From Spirochaetia bacterium (GTDB lineage: Bacteria > Spirochaetota > Spirochaetia > SP-2023): 64,000 bases of DNA. Both the position numbers and the translations under genes were made by a program. Position 1 is the first letter of the stretch. The number at the start of each line of letters is the position of its first letter. The stretch is taken from assembly GCA_965263295.1 (NCBI GenBank), contig OZ253665.1, forward strand, positions 1,472,001 to 1,536,000, in the 5' to 3' direction. The notes below the pieces were generated by a model that saw nothing but the letters and a program-made list of their open reading frames with translations, made no database searches and was not told where the DNA came from. Positions 60,917-64,000 of this stretch are shown here, one piece after another.

Positions 60917-62143
60917 TCAAATTTCTTTGGCCGATGCCACAAATAGTATGGCATCCTGTTCGCCTTCCTGGCCCCCGTGCACATTTGCCGTAATTTCGCC
61001 ACTGCTGGCCGGAATGATGCAGGATTGCCCCTGTTTTAAGCTGATGCCGTTGAGTTCGACACAGCCCTGGTAGACGAAAGCCAACATCACAGGATGCTTA
61101 CTCGGAAAGTATAAAGCGCTGTCTTCAGGGCGCAGGCACCAGCGCTCCAGGCGGAACTCGGCGGCGGTAGAAGGATAGTAGCTGCGCTGCAGATCCATTT
61201 CGCGGGCCTCAATTATCTGCAGTGGAAACGCTTCAAAGTGCAGGGTCCGCATCAGCTCTGGGATGTCCTGATGTTTAGGGGTCAGGCCACCGCGCAAGAC
61301 ATTGTCCGAGTTGGCCATAAGTTCCATGGCCGAACCTTCAAGGTAGGCGTGCAGTATGCCGGCCGGCAGGTAAATAGCCTGGCCTGGCTGCAGGCACAGC
61401 AGGTGCAGGTACAGCGGAGCCAGTGCCCCGATGTCTCCGGGGTAAAATTCAGCCAGGCGGGCGACCCAACGAGCCACGTCGGCGCCGTAATTTTGCGGGG
61501 ACTTCGCGCAGTCCCGCAGGGCAAGGTCTAGCAATTCGGCTTTTTGCTGGGCTTGCAGGTTCATCAGGCTGGAAAAGAAGCTTTGGTGATCGGCAAAACT
61601 CAAGTCCACAGCCGGATTAGAATGATTAAAACGATTAAAATTCTGCCGAATCGCGTCCAACGGGAGGAAGCCGCACATGGCCCAGAATGGCGTCAGCGCC
61701 AGCGTGACCTCAGGCTTGTGGTTGGCATCTTTATAGTTGCGCTGGGGAGCGTCCAGAGCGATGCCGTCGGCGTTCTCGCGGGCAAAGCCGGCTTCGGCCT
61801 GCGCTTTGTTGGGATGGGCCTGTATGGACAACGGTTGCCCGGCTGCTAGCACCTTGAATAAAAACGGCAGACCCTGATATTTCGCCGCGGTTGCGCTGCC
61901 GAGGCCGGAGTCCATTTTACCGCAGTTATCCATTAGATATTGGCTCAGGGGCGTGCGCCCAGAACTCCCTTCCGCCACTGCTTCAACGCACGATTCCGCG
62001 CGGGGATGGACGCCCATCCACAGTTCGGCTTGCGGTTTCTGTTGCGGGTTTTCATAGCCCAGCAAGCAGGGCAGGTAACTTTGGGAACCCCAAGCAAAAG
62101 CCTGGATTTGGTTGTGTAATTTTGCAACTTTCATGCTTGCCAT
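60917..62143 (-). CDS. manA: Mannose-6-phosphate isomerase class I
   Basis: AWGS, AELWMG.HP, LPFLFKVL, PLSIQAHP, YKDANHKPE, HAYL.G...E.MANSDNVLRGGLTPK. Confidence 0.95.
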   Translation of the reverse strand: MASMKVAKLHNQIQAFAWGSQSYLPCLLGYENPQQKPQAELWMGVHPRAESCVEAVAEGSSGRTPLSQYLMDNCGKMDSGLGSATAAKYQGLPFLFKVLAAGQPLSIQAHPNKAQAEAGFARENADGIALDAPQRNYKDANHKPEVTLALTPFWAMCGFLPLDAIRQNFNRFNHSNPAVDLSFADHQSFFSSLMNLQAQQKAELLDLALRDCAKSPQNYGADVARWVARLAEFYPGDIGALAPLYLHLLCLQPGQAIYLPAGILHAYLEGSAMELMANSDNVLRGGLTPKHQDIPELMRTLHFEAFPLQIIEAREMDLQRSYYPSTAAEFRLERWCLRPEDSALYFPSKHPVMLAFVYQGCVELNGISLKQGQSCIIPASSGEITANVHGGQEGEQDAILFVASAKEI

Positions 62144-62648
62144 CCTAAACTCAGAATCTATTTTGACAATGCCTGTAGGTAGAACTACAAATTTTTATTG
62201 TATGTCAAAATGAATTATAGTAAAATTTTATACTTCTAATTTAAGGTTATATGAGGGAGAAACAGGCCAGATTTTAAGTGTCGCAAAACAATCTCATTTA
62301 AACGAACTGTTAAAAAAATCATTGAGGGTGACGCTTTCTGTGAATCTGTCAGGCATAGGGTTTCTTGTTTCCAACGTGTTCTCACTTCCGCGCATTTTTT
62401 CAAGTTTTCCCAAATTTTCTCAAAGTTTTCCCAAGTTTTCCCAAGGAGGGTCCAAATTTTGGGGGGTCCAAGTTTTTCAAAACCCACGAAAAACTCTATA
62501 CTGCTTGGCGCTACATTTTGTTTTGTTAAATTTGCTAAAAATGCACCGCCGGTAGAATGCTTTTTTTAGCCGGCCTAATTTTCAATAGACCCATTTTCAA
62601 CAGTTTTCTGGCTGTGGATTCGACTCAATTTTAAGGGAGGGTTGGGCT

Positions 62649-64000
62649 ATGTCTCAAGTTCGCGTGCGCTATGCCCCTTCGCCCACCGGCTTACAGCATA
62701 TCGGTGGAGTGCGCACTGCTTTGTTTAACTATCTTTTTGCCCGCAGCAGCGGCGGCCGCTTCGTGCTGCGCATTGAAGATACAGACCGTGCGCGCTCGGA
62801 GCCGCGATATATTCAAGATTTATATGAGTCGCTGGAGTGGTTGGGGATACAGCCCGATGAGGGACCGGCCGAGGCCGGCTTTGCCGGCGGTGATTACGGC
62901 CCTTACGTGCAGTCTGAGCGCGTTGCAATATACCAAAAATACGCCCGGCAACTCTTGGATGAGGGCAAAGCCTATTACTGTTTTTGTAGTCCTGAACGCC
63001 TGGAGCAGTTGCGGCGGGAGCAAGAAAAGAATAAGTCTCGTTTGCAAGGTTACGATCGCCGCTGTCGCGGCCTCAGCCGTCAGGAGGCCGAGCGTCGCCG
63101 CAGGGCCGGCGAGGCTTGCGTCTTGCGTTTTGCCATTCCCTTGGAGGGGACTACGGTATTTCACGATCTGTTGTTGGCGGATATTGAGCGCGCCAATGCG
63201 GATATAAATCCCGATCCGGTCATCCTCAAAACGGACGGTTTCCCGACCTATCACCTGGCCAACGTTATCGATGACCACCTGATGGAGATCAGCCATGTTT
63301 TGCGAGCCCGCGAGTGGCTGTCCTCTGGCCCGCTGCACATTCTACTGTACGAGGCTTTGGGCTGGCGGCCGCCGCAGTTCTGTCACCTGCCGATGGTCAT
63401 GGGGCAAGATGGGGCCAAGCTCTCCAAGCGCCACGGCTCAACTTCGCTGATTGAATTCCGCAAGGCGGGCTATTTGCGCGAGGCCATCTTAAATTATATT
63501 TCCCTGCTTGGCTGGTCTTTCGACGACAGTCGCGAGTTTTTTACTTTGCCCGAACTTGAGCGGTGTTTTGACCTGGCCAAATTGAGCCGTTCGCCCGCCA
63601 CTTTTGATTATCAGAAATTGCAATGGTTTAACGGTCAATACATTCGCCAGATGAGTATCTCACAGCTGAATAAACAGTTGCGAGATACGTGGCGACAATT
63701 CCTGCCCGAAGTCTACGAACCCGAGCCGGCAAATTTTGAGCAAAGTCTGGACTGGATACTCCCGCTCTTGCGGGAGCGGCTGAAGTTCCTCAATGACGCT
63801 CCGGCCATGGCGGCCTATTTTTTTGCCCGTCCTGAGTGCCACGATGTCTCTCTGGCAATACCTAAAAAGCACGATGCCGCCCAGACCTGCAAATTGTTAC
63901 AGTGTGGGCGCCGCACTTTGGAACGGCTTTGTGTCGAAAATGGGGATACATGGCAAGATGCCGAGGGCCTGCTGGCCGTGAAACAGAGCTGGGAAGCCGC
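62649..64000 (+). CDS. gltX: Glutamate--tRNA ligase, partial; runs off the window end
   Basis: GGGAGG RBS; MSQVRVRYAPSPTGLQHIGGVRTALFNY, LRIEDTD, PTYHLANVIDDH, KLSKRHG. Absent from the ORF track, consistent with the stop lying outside the window. Confidence 0.96.
   Translation, partial: MSQVRVRYAPSPTGLQHIGGVRTALFNYLFARSSGGRFVLRIEDTDRARSEPRYIQDLYESLEWLGIQPDEGPAEAGFAGGDYGPYVQSERVAIYQKYARQLLDEGKAYYCFCSPERLEQLRREQEKNKSRLQGYDRRCRGLSRQEAERRRRAGEACVLRFAIPLEGTTVFHDLLLADIERANADINPDPVILKTDGFPTYHLANVIDDHLMEISHVLRAREWLSSGPLHILLYEALGWRPPQFCHLPMVMGQDGAKLSKRHGSTSLIEFRKAGYLREAILNYISLLGWSFDDSREFFTLPELERCFDLAKLSRSPATFDYQKLQWFNGQYIRQMSISQLNKQLRDTWRQFLPEVYEPEPANFEQSLDWILPLLRERLKFLNDAPAMAAYFFARPECHDVSLAIPKKHDAAQTCKLLQCGRRTLERLCVENGDTWQDAEGLLAVKQSWEA

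Noticed and set aside
62144..62648. AT-rich manA/gltX divergent intergenic region as a possible replication origin
   Set aside because: No convincing DnaA-box cluster and no dnaA/dnaN nearby; explained by divergent promoters and 11-bp repeats

Overview
Bacterial chromosomal window, most likely from a spirochaete. This is inferred from the infC-rpmI-rplT-zapB-zapA order, the DUF4912-GH57 pair, spirochaete-style lipoproteins and an Msp-like surface protein. Core regions (about 1-5 kb and 34-64 kb) carry bioF/bioH, trpS, thiN, a GH57 branching enzyme, tRNA-Leu(UAA), a probable 6S RNA, zapA/zapB, infC-rpmI-rplT, prephenate dehydratase, tRNA-Ala(GGC), birA, lipB, asnB, tatD, a four-subunit 2-oxoacid:ferredoxin oxidoreductase, manA and gltX (partial). 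They flank a mosaic accessory region of about 29 kb (about 5.1-34.0 kb). That region holds a pyrimidine-dimer glycosylase, a decayed AvaI/BsoBI-type restriction endonuclease, a uxuA-uxuB-TRAP-GH28 uronate operon and a frameshifted IucD-type siderophore hydroxylase. It also holds SorC, TPI and MATE remnants, two ABC exporter modules, a type I R-M system with PrrC anticodon nuclease, a Fur-box-preceded iron-siderophore ABC importer and a degenerate IS5-family element. The main observations are: an (AT)13 microsatellite that puts the siderophore-binding protein out of frame with its natural start (candidate phase variation, OFF state); a gamma-carbonic-anhydrase/YqfO-domain fusion; pervasive frame-preserving 9-15 bp tandem duplications; an unannotated 6S RNA; and a diverged 170-bp tandem duplication upstream of the surface-protein gene. 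All family calls come from motif recognition by eye; no database searches were run.
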